Virus record (IMG/VR): IMGVR_UViG_3300035698_016128
Span: 32,001 to 96,000 of that record
Strand: one strand, 5' to 3'
Source: a virus
Length of the DNA: 64,000 nucleotides
Made by a program: the position numbers and the translations under genes. Below, one piece after another: positions 51,368 through 60,646 of this stretch; position 1 is the stretch's first letter; every line of letters starts with the position of its first letter. The notes beneath the pieces are model-generated. The model was not told the origin of the DNA. It did no database searches and saw only the letters and a list, made by a program, of their open reading frames with translations.

Positions 51368-52091
51368 TGATCTCTCTATTGAGGTAACTCGCCGATGTAA
51401 CCTACACTGCGAGCACTGCCTTCGTGGACCGGCTCAGTACAGAAGCATATCTGACGATATACTGCGCAAGCTGTTCAAACAACTGGACAGTGTCATATCG
51501 CTAACAATCACCGGAGGCGAACCAAGCCTCGTGCCCTCCCGCATAGCAAAGGTACTCCACTTCGCCAAACTCTACAAGGTAACCATAGAGAACTTCTTCA
51601 TATCCACAAACGGAGTAGAAACAAAGCAGACTCCCAAGTTTATAACAGAGGTAATGAATCTCTGGCAGTACTGTGACGACAACGAGTACAGCGGTATACA
51701 AATAAGCGACACAGAGTTTCACAAGTGGGAACATGATGAAGAAATAGACTTCAGTAGACACCCGTTAAACATCTTCAAAAACACCACGCTACGTGGTGAG
51801 TACGGAAACCTTAACGACAGCAGGTACCCCGTCCTCATTGATCAGGGACGTGCTTCGGAAAGCTCATGGCCCACACGTAAGAACAGTGTTGCAGAGCTTG
51901 AGTTAGAAGAGTATGCCGACACTGTCAATGTAGCTGGCGACAGCCTGTACATCAACGTCAAGGGACAACTAATAGAGGGATGTGATTGGTCGTATGAAAG
52001 CCAGAACAAGAGAGCATTCGGCACTCTACATGACGGTCTTATAATCGAACAACTCTTAAAAATAATTAAAGAAAGAGAAGTGAAAGACTAA
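51339..52091 (+). CDS. Radical SAM protein
   Basis: EVTRRCNLHCEHC (CxxxCxxC), ITGGEP and STNG motifs. Confidence 0.9.
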   Translation: MTAREKIVVSDLSIEVTRRCNLHCEHCLRGPAQYRSISDDILRKLFKQLDSVISLTITGGEPSLVPSRIAKVLHFAKLYKVTIENFFISTNGVETKQTPKFITEVMNLWQYCDDNEYSGIQISDTEFHKWEHDEEIDFSRHPLNIFKNTTLRGEYGNLNDSRYPVLIDQGRASESSWPTRKNSVAELELEEYADTVNVAGDSLYINVKGQLIEGCDWSYESQNKRAFGTLHDGLIIEQLLKIIKEREVKD

Positions 52092-52099
52092 GAAAATGC

Positions 52100-52128
52100 T
52101 TGACCACGATTTGACCCCCTTGTATCAT
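52100..52128 (+). promoter_or_regulatory. sigma70-type promoter
   Basis: TTGACC-17 nt-TATCAT. Confidence 0.6.
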
Positions 52129-52165
52129 ATAAGTATGGGAAAAACCACACTGAAAGGAGTTGAGA

Positions 52166-55140
52166 TGAAAGGCGCAGGTCAGGCACTTAAGAAGATTCTA
52201 CAGGAAGAAGAACATTTATCTCAGTTCGTTGCAAGAAGGAAGGAGAACGAAGCCAGAGTCAAGGCTCGCCAAGCCAGGGAGATTGCTAAAAGGGCAGCAG
52301 ATCCCGTGAAAACCATGTGGTCCATATTCGTGATCGCCGCAAGAAGGTCGGCAATCGAAATGAAGGCGCATGATGAATTCTGGCAGAAAGATGAACACTA
52401 TGATTTGATCAAGGAGATTCATGATGCCGACCGTAAGTGAGTGGCGACAAAAACTGAAGAAGCCAGCACCGGCTCCGGCCCCCACTGAAGACGATGAAGA
52501 TGGTGGGTACAATGCGCTTGATCCCCCGCCGGATGAAGTTGTATTCGATCACACCGCCAACATAGTGCCTCTGATCAAGCGTGACCCCAGTAAGATCCGT
52601 GATAAAATCATCGGCAAGTTCTCACTCAAGACAGCACACAAAGCAACACCTCCACCGCCAGCCTTACCGGAAGACACCGAAGAACATCACGCAGGGTTCA
52701 GTCCAACCCAGACAGAAGCGTATGCCTACGTAACAAGGCGAGTAGTTGATTATGCCGACCGCAACGCCTTCTTCGGGTCAATCCATGAGAAGTACCGCAA
52801 GTATGGTCGGTTCACGCCAAGGCAACTAGAGGCCGTTGCTAAGGCAATGCTCCGTGAGCCGATAGCAACCATCGGGCCACGGCTATTACTCGTCAAAAGC
52901 TTTAACGAGATACTTAAATATCTCAATGATGAAGTACACCCCAACATCGGTACCAACAGCAAGAAACGACAGCATATGAATGAACTGGTCGGTGTCATTA
53001 AGAACAGCGAAGACTACAACGGAAGTGTAACAGAGAAACAATTCCACTATGCAGTATACAGACTATATAAAATAGCACCACATTTCCTCAAGGGGATTGA
53101 TACATCCAGGACAAGAGGTATACCTGTTGGCTGGAAGGCGTGAGACTATGGATAAGAAAGAATTTATGGCTATCGTTGATACTATTTATTGGGCAGTCTA
53201 TGGCAGTGGTTTTATCTACACAGTCGTTATAGGTTTTAATATTTAAAGGAGCCATGATGGAATCGGCCAAGCAAACAATTTTGCAACGCATGGAGCGCAA
53301 CAGCACATACGGGTTGCAAAAAGAGTCCGAAGGTTTGCGTAAGGAAATGGCAATCAAACAGATTAACATCAACACCCTCAAAGATCTTAACGAAGTACAA
53401 AAAGTTAAGATGAAAGAACAAGAACGTAAAATAATCTCACTCGCATCACAGCTTGAGTCAATAGCCGAACACAGTCGCGCCAAAGATAATGTCAATGTTT
53501 ATTTGCAGACAGTAAGCATTGAAGCTGAAACGCAGGAGCAACACATTCTAGATAAACTACTCATGCCATTGGGTCTGACCCACAGAACAAAGGCGCTCGC
53601 GATATTCTTCAGGCATAAAGGAAAGATCCCTCAACATATCCACAAGGTTCAATATCACCGTGACTCTCGCACAAACGCTTGGGTAAAGAGCCCTATACTT
53701 CACAACCTTGCATTCATCTACAATTTGGCTGACGAGATGGGGGAAAGAAATCAATTGGCCTTTGCCCTGATGATCTACAATAGGATGCTGAATGGCTCGC
53801 CAATGTCAGGTGCATATATAGACTTTACTTTAAGACCTGAAACAACAGAACAAAGGGAAAAGATTATAAAGATGTGGGATGCTATACGCCCTCCTACATT
53901 TAAGAAATGGCGCACAGCAGGGAATATCATCGTGAAGCACTTCGAAGACATAGAGAAGAGGAAGGCAAAAAAGAAAGCTAAAGGGATGATGAAATAATGA
54001 CAACGAAGGATAAAATCTTAAATAGAATGAATGACCAAGGAGTTACCAAACTCCAAAAGGAAATAAGTGATACTAGGTCCCAGCTTAATAGTGAATTGAA
54101 TGATCTTAGGTACCATCTTATAACTGTTAAAGATAGTAGAACTGCTATGCGAAAAGATCTTGACAACCAAACGTCCCGTATAGGTAGTCTATCTACATTG
54201 GTGACTGATCTTCAATTCAGGCTTGTAGAAGAAGAGAGTACAGTGCGCTCGCTCACAAAAGAGAATGAAGAATTGAAGCACGACCTTAAAGAATTGAGAG
54301 GTTAAGCAAATGAATTCATACAAATCTAGAACAGACTTTGAGGAAGAAGCCAAGGCTCTCAAGGAAGCAAACGAAAAGCTATCGTATGAGAATGGACAGC
54401 TTACTGAGAAGGTAGGCCGACTCGAAGATGAAATTGAAGGCGGTATATCTGAACATGAACTCACTGATGAACTCGCAACACACCACAGGACCTTGCTCAA
54501 GCTTCAGCGGTTCGTCGAGAAACTACCAATGAGACGACGTGACCAGCGCACAACGTTTGATCTATTCAGAGAGGTTTTAGGAGACTTCGAACAGGCTATA
54601 GAACTAGGCAATGTCGAAGAAGAAAGGGTGTACCGTATACTCAACGGAGAGAGGTGGGGAGATGGCTACAAACAGGTGTGGTAAGAGCGACAACGCCCAT
54701 CATAAGAGGCCTTCGCTATTGAGCGAGAAGGCAGGAACATCGCCATTCTTCCACCTTGAAGACTGGTGCACATATCACAGTGGCTCCTGCCAGGACAACT
54801 GCGGAACCAACATGCCACACATGCGCCCTTGCATCCAGGCAGTCATGATCCACAAACGCAAGACAGAAATAGAAGAAAAGATAAGCTTCGATCAGTGGGT
54901 CGAAGAGTACGCCAGCGGCAATAGGAGCTTGATATGAGATTTATCTTTGGCTTCAATGGTGATCATATTAATCTAAGACCATTTGATTCTCCAGGATCAA
55001 CTTCATTTGAGAAGGCAAAGAAAGAAGCACTTGAATATCTCTCTTGCCATATCAAAACAATTGCCGACAAGACAAAACAGTTAAGAGAATTAACAGAAAA
55101 AGACTTTGTAGAAGGAAAGGTGAAGGTATTCAAGCTATGA
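52166..55140 (+). other. Hypothetical CDSs (~52166-52440, 52421-53143, 53254-53997, 53997-54305, 54310-54684, 54611-54937, 54934-55140), several coiled-coil
   Basis: Continuous co-oriented ORFs with overlapping stop/start codons. Confidence 0.65.
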
Positions 55141-55865
55141 ATCCATTTCGCGACAGTGAGGTATTTAAAGCTATCGGCGCTCATGGCATAGAGCCATACG
55201 AAAAAGGCAACATGAAGATTGTCAAGCGCAAGCTGTTTGGCACAGTAGACGACTACCTGACAAAGCAAATCCATTTCGGGGAACATGACATCCCCATTCT
55301 AATCATAGACGGTGTGCTTTGGATGAGCCTTACCCCAATGGAGATTCAAAGCATGTGGGTACCGCTCGAGGAGGCCACAGGAACGGTCGCTACGGCAGGG
55401 CTTGGGCTTGGGTGGTTCGCACTCAGGGCCGCTCGTAAGACTAACGTGAAGCGTGTCATTGTGGCAGAACGTGATCGGCGTGTGATTGACTGGTTCACCA
55501 AAACATTCAAGGGTCGAAAAGGTTTCAATAAGATCGAAATAATTGAAGGTGACGCACGAACCATCTTCAACAAAGGCACCTACGATTTTATGTTTATGGA
55601 CATTTATAGTTCCTTGTGCGGTGATGTCGCCATTACCGACTCAGCATTGTTCATGCGCAATAACGAGATAGAAAATTATAGATTTTGGGGGCTTGAAAGA
55701 GTTATCATATCAGCCCACATAGAACATCGCATGCGCCCAACCATTAACGAATCGGAAAGGGAATTCGCCCGCATGTTCTTAAGGTCCAGGAAGGCACAAC
55801 TATACGACCCTTTCTGGAATAAAGACTTTGTAGGTGACGTACTCAAGGAGCTTGGAAGAATATGA
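55137..55865 (+). CDS. Class I SAM-dependent methyltransferase/spermidine-synthase-like protein
   Basis: WMSLTPME, AGLGLG (GxG), VIVAERD, IIEGDA and YDFMFMDIY motifs. Confidence 0.8.
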   Translation: MNPFRDSEVFKAIGAHGIEPYEKGNMKIVKRKLFGTVDDYLTKQIHFGEHDIPILIIDGVLWMSLTPMEIQSMWVPLEEATGTVATAGLGLGWFALRAARKTNVKRVIVAERDRRVIDWFTKTFKGRKGFNKIEIIEGDARTIFNKGTYDFMFMDIYSSLCGDVAITDSALFMRNNEIENYRFWGLERVIISAHIEHRMRPTINESEREFARMFLRSRKAQLYDPFWNKDFVGDVLKELGRI

Positions 55866-57564
55866 CTACAGCAAAACAAAAACTCCTCAAGCAATTAGCC
55901 GACAAGGATGCTAAGCGCAAGAGGGAAGAATCTAAAAAACTAAAGAGAAAACCTATCAAGAAGATTGACCATACCAAAGATACATTCCGTAATGATGATG
56001 AAGAACCTGAAGAAGATGAAGAAATAGATGAAGAGGATGAAGAAATAGATGACGAAGATGATGAATATGAAGAACCTGATTGCCACGGAGAATATAAAGA
56101 TCCAAAAGAATGTTTTGAAATGGGTTGTGAAGACGCCATGAGGCGAGATTGTGCAGGTAGACGTTACATCAAAGAGAACAAGGAGGAGTTCAATGACTGG
56201 TTCGAAAGAAAAGAAAAGACTGCCGAAGGGAAGCGAAAGCGAAAGCGAAAGAAAGTCGTCAGCGGTCGCGTCTGGTGAGGCAGGGGTCCCGGTGCAGGTG
56301 CAAATCATGCCCGACCAGTTCAGCGTGATCACGGCAAGCCAATCCAGCACGGAAATCAAGCGTGATGCCAAGGGTGTCGTGGGATTTACCGTCAAGGCTT
56401 ACGCCAACTCGGTAGAGGAAGCCGCATCGGACGCCATGAAGACCTTCAACAGTGTCGTCGCAGAATTCGAAACGGGGGAAGAGTAACAATGAAAGCAATC
56501 CTGGTCCTGGCTACTTGGGTGCTCGCGTTCGTTCCAGTCTATACTTGCCTATGGCTTTGGAATGTTCTCGACCCGACTTCCTTCCTAGAGAAGTTGGCAA
56601 CGATCGCCCTGTTCTGCATTGGCGGAGGCACAGTACAATTACTTCTCTTGTGCGTGGCTGTTATCTTAACGGATGTCATACTCGAAGAAGAATGAAAGGT
56701 AGGGCAACATGATAAAGAGACGAGTGAAACCTATCAAGGTAGGTAAGTCTGGCGGCTCCCTCGCGGACATGATAGCGAAGAGTGTTGAAAGAGCACGTAA
56801 GGCCGCAGAGTATGTTGAAAAAACCGGCCTCTGCAGTGCTTGCAAGAAGCATCCCGCCATGATCAATAGCCTTATCTGCACGGTGTGTAACGATGAAAAG
56901 GAAGAGGCGCTCAAGCAACTTCGCGGACCCGGCTTCATGGAGTTAAGTATCCCTATAACCCGAAAGTAAGGCGAGGGTAAATTAAATGAAAATCATAACG
57001 ACTATACGTGGCTATGCCCCTGTCAACTATGGACTCAACGGCCCGGTCCAGAGCGCAATCCTACACAGGAGGAACTGTACGAAGGCAGAGCTCAAAAAGG
57101 AAATGAAGGACTTTTGGCAAAGGTATGCTCCCGGAAAAAAGCTGAGGAAGAGCGACCTCAGAGGAAAGATAGACCTGTTTCACAACATGTGGGAGGGCAG
57201 ATACGAAATAGAACGCGGGCTAAGGAAGATCCGCATAACAAACACAATAACTGTTAAGGCAGTCGAAGAGCCACTGCTTGACTACGTTGTGAAGATGACT
57301 TGCACCGGGTACATCCCAGCCAAGGCACCGCTGAAGACATTAGTTGCAATGGCAATCGCCGATGAAGCATGGCATGCCATTGACTTGGACAATGACTTGC
57401 CTAACATTACCGAAATAGGGAAGTTCATCGAACTCTCCTTCAACGAGAGCATGCCGAAGCGTTTAAAGGATGCCAACGAATGCTTCGAGTCCATTCCCAA
57501 CAAAGACAGATTCATGATGCTCATTGGCTTAACCTCTTGTGTTGAAATTGAAGAATCGAAATAA
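55862..57564 (+). other. Hypothetical CDSs (55862-56278 acidic/Cys, ~56300-56486, 56489-56695 2-TM, 56709-56969 Zn finger, 56986-57564)
   Basis: Co-oriented ORFs; composition as noted. Confidence 0.6.
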
Positions 57565-57805
57565 CTTGGGGAAAGGGGGTAGGGGGATAGGGGTATAAGG
57601 TAAAGTGATTCATTATATGATCTATATCTTAACATATCTTAGTATAGTGATTTATTTGATAGTATAATCCTTTACCTTTCCTTTCCTTAAGATAGTCATC
57701 TTGTTAATATACGAACGAAGTGAGTTTCCGAGCGTAAGCGAGGAAGTATATAGATCATAGTGTATTACGCCGGAAACTACGAGTAGAAAAAAGTATTAGC
57801 ATCAC

Positions 57806-57834
57806 TTGACCCCGATAAGGCGAAATGTTATGCT
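57806..57834 (+). promoter_or_regulatory. sigma70-type promoter with extended -10
   Basis: TTGACC-17 nt-TATGCT, with TGn before the -10. Confidence 0.6.
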
Positions 57835-57914
57835 GTTTCAAGGTAGGAAATACGGCGTTGTAAAACTCCATTGTAGGATATCACTTAACTCCAACGGAGA
57901 TAAGGTAACCCTAC

Positions 57915-58307
57915 ATGGAGAAGAAACGAACCGACTACCTTATCAAGCGAATCTACAAGCTACTCATGAACGACACCGGAGACCTGATAATTCGCCTGAA
58001 GAAAATACACGACCCAAGCGTATACGGAATGTGCTGGTCATGGCTTGGGGTTATCCACATCGACCCAAGAAAGGAATTACTGCCAACGCTTATCCATGAA
58101 GCCCTTCACATGCTCTACCCAGAGTGGTGTGAAACAATTGTGTTAAGATCAGAGAAATCAATATGCTACAAAATGAGCGACAGGCAATACGCAAACCTCT
58201 TAGTAAGATTCGCAGACTACCTTGTGCGTATTGGCTTAGCTGATCGTAAGGAAACAAATGGCAACCATAATCGTAAACGGAAAGAAGTACCACAGGTCCG
58301 GTCATGA
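57915..58307 (+). CDS. Zincin-like metallopeptidase domain protein
   Basis: TLIHEALH (HExxH) preceded by a YGMC strand. Confidence 0.65.
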   Translation: MEKKRTDYLIKRIYKLLMNDTGDLIIRLKKIHDPSVYGMCWSWLGVIHIDPRKELLPTLIHEALHMLYPEWCETIVLRSEKSICYKMSDRQYANLLVRFADYLVRIGLADRKETNGNHNRKRKEVPQVRS

Positions 58308-59419
58308 TTTGATCGAATGCAAAGCTCCTAAGGATTCTGAAGATTGCCCAGTCTGTAACGTAGAAAAAGAAAAGGAGATTAAAGCGTGGCTTGCCATGTG
58401 CAAGACGGCATGCCTATTGTGTCATGAGAAACCTCCTTGTTTTATCTGCATGAAGGCGCAATGCAAAGACTGGCACGCTGATAAGAAATATCTTGAAGAG
58501 GTTGGCTCTCATCATGGCTGTCGTAAGCTGAGCCTGAGTAGTTATTGCACAGAGTTTTTTTGCAGATACGGTTTAAGGGGATGGTGGAAGAAAAACTGGA
58601 GGGGAATTAACAAGCCCCTCGTTTTAAAGATAAAAGCAAAAATGCACAAGCGAAAGATTGCTGAGTTGTCTACAGCAAAAAGTAAGGAGAAGCGCCGTGC
58701 GAATAAAGAAACAAAAAAACCGACTAACCGTAAGGCTCTGGTCAAGAAACACTCTGTGGCGAAGGTTGTTCGAAGACCTACCCGTAATAAATCATCCGTG
58801 GAAAGCCGACATAGAAACGTACATCCAAGAGTTCGTATTCCCCAGAGTAGAAAATCACATCCGTAGTGTATCCATTACGGACATTGATATCGAAGTTCGA
58901 TGGCTGTGGGAACACCCTTGGGAAATATACGCATCGTCTGAAAGCACAATAACTATCTCCGAAGTCAGGCATAGTGATCCACAAAAATTCCACGGAGGCA
59001 TGGGCTTCTGGTCGCTCAACCTGAACAACCAACTCATAGACCCTGAGCAATTTGTCTTAGCTACTGCGTGGAGTGATAAACACAGATTCTTTAAAAGTAA
59101 CCTCACATCTGAGAAGTTCACCGAATTGCTGACAGCCACCATTATCAAAACCCCCCTAGATAGCCTGAGGATGGCCCCTGTTGCGTCTGAAGCTGGTTTT
59201 GATGTCAACACCCATAGGAAGGAACGGGAAGGCAAGGAAGACGTGTTTACAGTACTTCATAAAGACCTTGTGAGCGCCTGTAAATCGCTTGGGTACAACC
59301 AGAACGAGATAGACCCATCATTACTTGATAACATCGTCCATGAATCCATGAAGGATGGTGCGGGTACAATTGAAGACTGTGTTAGTATCTTCCTGAAGAG
59401 AAGAAGAGAATATTTGTAG
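58258..59419 (+). other. Hypothetical CDSs (58258-58866 Cys-rich; 58658-59419, overlapping, starts uncertain)
   Basis: ORF track; the ~200-nt overlap suggests one start is misplaced. Confidence 0.5.
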
Positions 59420-59485
59420 GGGTTTAAGAATCTTCTTCAGATAAAAATAAAAATAAAAAAGATTATTAGTAGATAACAAAAGTGC

Positions 59486-59514
59486 TTGACCGGGATTTTT
59501 GGGCCTTGTAATAT
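59486..59514 (+). promoter_or_regulatory. sigma70-type promoter
   Basis: TTGACC-17 nt-TAATAT, upstream of the AAA+ gene. Confidence 0.7.
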
Positions 59515-59566
59515 GTAGGTATGGCAAAAAACGGCAACAGTAAACCACAGAGAAGGAGACAGTAAG

Positions 59567-60646
59567 ATGACAGAGAAGAAACACAAAAAGAAGAAGAAGG
59601 CTCCTGAAGAAGGGGAAGAGTATTTCTTCGGTAATGCGCGTCTGGTAAAGCGTGACCGGAAGAATTACGGCTCGTGTGCCTGGAAGGGTGCCTGCAAGGT
59701 TGATCCGAAGTGTGACGGCAAAGATGAGGAATGCGAAGACTTCGAAAGCATTCAGCCGTTCATTCCCCCGATCGATGAACACTATAACCTTAACCTTGAG
59801 ATCGGCGAAACCATTGCCTTTGCTCTTGCTGACGAAAACAGGCACAACATCCTGCTGGTTGGCCCTCCTGGGTGCGGTAAGTCTTCGCTGGTCATGATGA
59901 TCGGGGCAATCACTGATTGGGAAGTCATGCGCTTCTCTTGCTCTGAGGAAACACGGCAGTCACAGGTTATCGGCCAATGGATTGTGGTGGGTGACAAGAT
60001 GCGGTGGGTTGACGGCTACGTCACCGATGCGCTTCGGCAGGGCAAAATCCTTCTTGAGGATGAAGCTGACTTCATGCGTCCTGAACTGCGTGGCGCTCTC
60101 CACCCACTGCTTGAGAAGGATGGTACCATCACCCTTCAGGGGTACCATCCGAAAACAGGGGAACCTTTCCTCGAAGTGGTTGACCGTCATCCGAATTTCC
60201 GGTGGGTCTCCACAGCCAACACCACAGGGCTTGGCGATGATTCCTTCATGTATCACGGGACTCAGTTCATGAATGCCGCCGCTCGCGACCGTTATGCGGT
60301 GATCATCCCCATGAATTACCTGAGCGTCGAGGAAGAAACTGAGATTCTGGTCAACAAGACCAAAACGGAAACTTCAATAGCTGAGTCGATGAGCAAAACG
60401 GCACACGCAATCCGCGAAGTGTTCGAACAGCAGAAGGTCCAGTACCAGTTCAGTATGCGCCGTCTGCTTGCGTGGGCTGACTACCACAACTTCTACAAAG
60501 ACCGCAAGCCCTCGGAGGCCGTGAGGCTTGCCATTCTGTCGTTCGCCCGGGATGATGACATTCAGCAACTCGTTGATCTGATTCGGCTCAACATGGGCGC
60601 TGACTTCATCGAAGGTATCAACCGGTCGGCCAAGGGGGTGAGATAA
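59567..60646 (+). CDS. MoxR/CbbQ/CobS-type AAA+ ATPase
   Basis: Walker A GPPGCGKS, Walker B LLEDEAD, and HPNFRWVSTANT...NAAARDRY. Confidence 0.92.
   Translation: MTEKKHKKKKKAPEEGEEYFFGNARLVKRDRKNYGSCAWKGACKVDPKCDGKDEECEDFESIQPFIPPIDEHYNLNLEIGETIAFALADENRHNILLVGPPGCGKSSLVMMIGAITDWEVMRFSCSEETRQSQVIGQWIVVGDKMRWVDGYVTDALRQGKILLEDEADFMRPELRGALHPLLEKDGTITLQGYHPKTGEPFLEVVDRHPNFRWVSTANTTGLGDDSFMYHGTQFMNAAARDRYAVIIPMNYLSVEEETEILVNKTKTETSIAESMSKTAHAIREVFEQQKVQYQFSMRRLLAWADYHNFYKDRKPSEAVRLAILSFARDDDIQQLVDLIRLNMGADFIEGINRSAKGVR

Noticed and set aside
59567-60646. AAA+ ATPase as the sigma54 activator (bEBP)
   Set aside because: It lacks the GAFTGA loop, has MoxR/CobS signatures, and is paired with a VWA protein.
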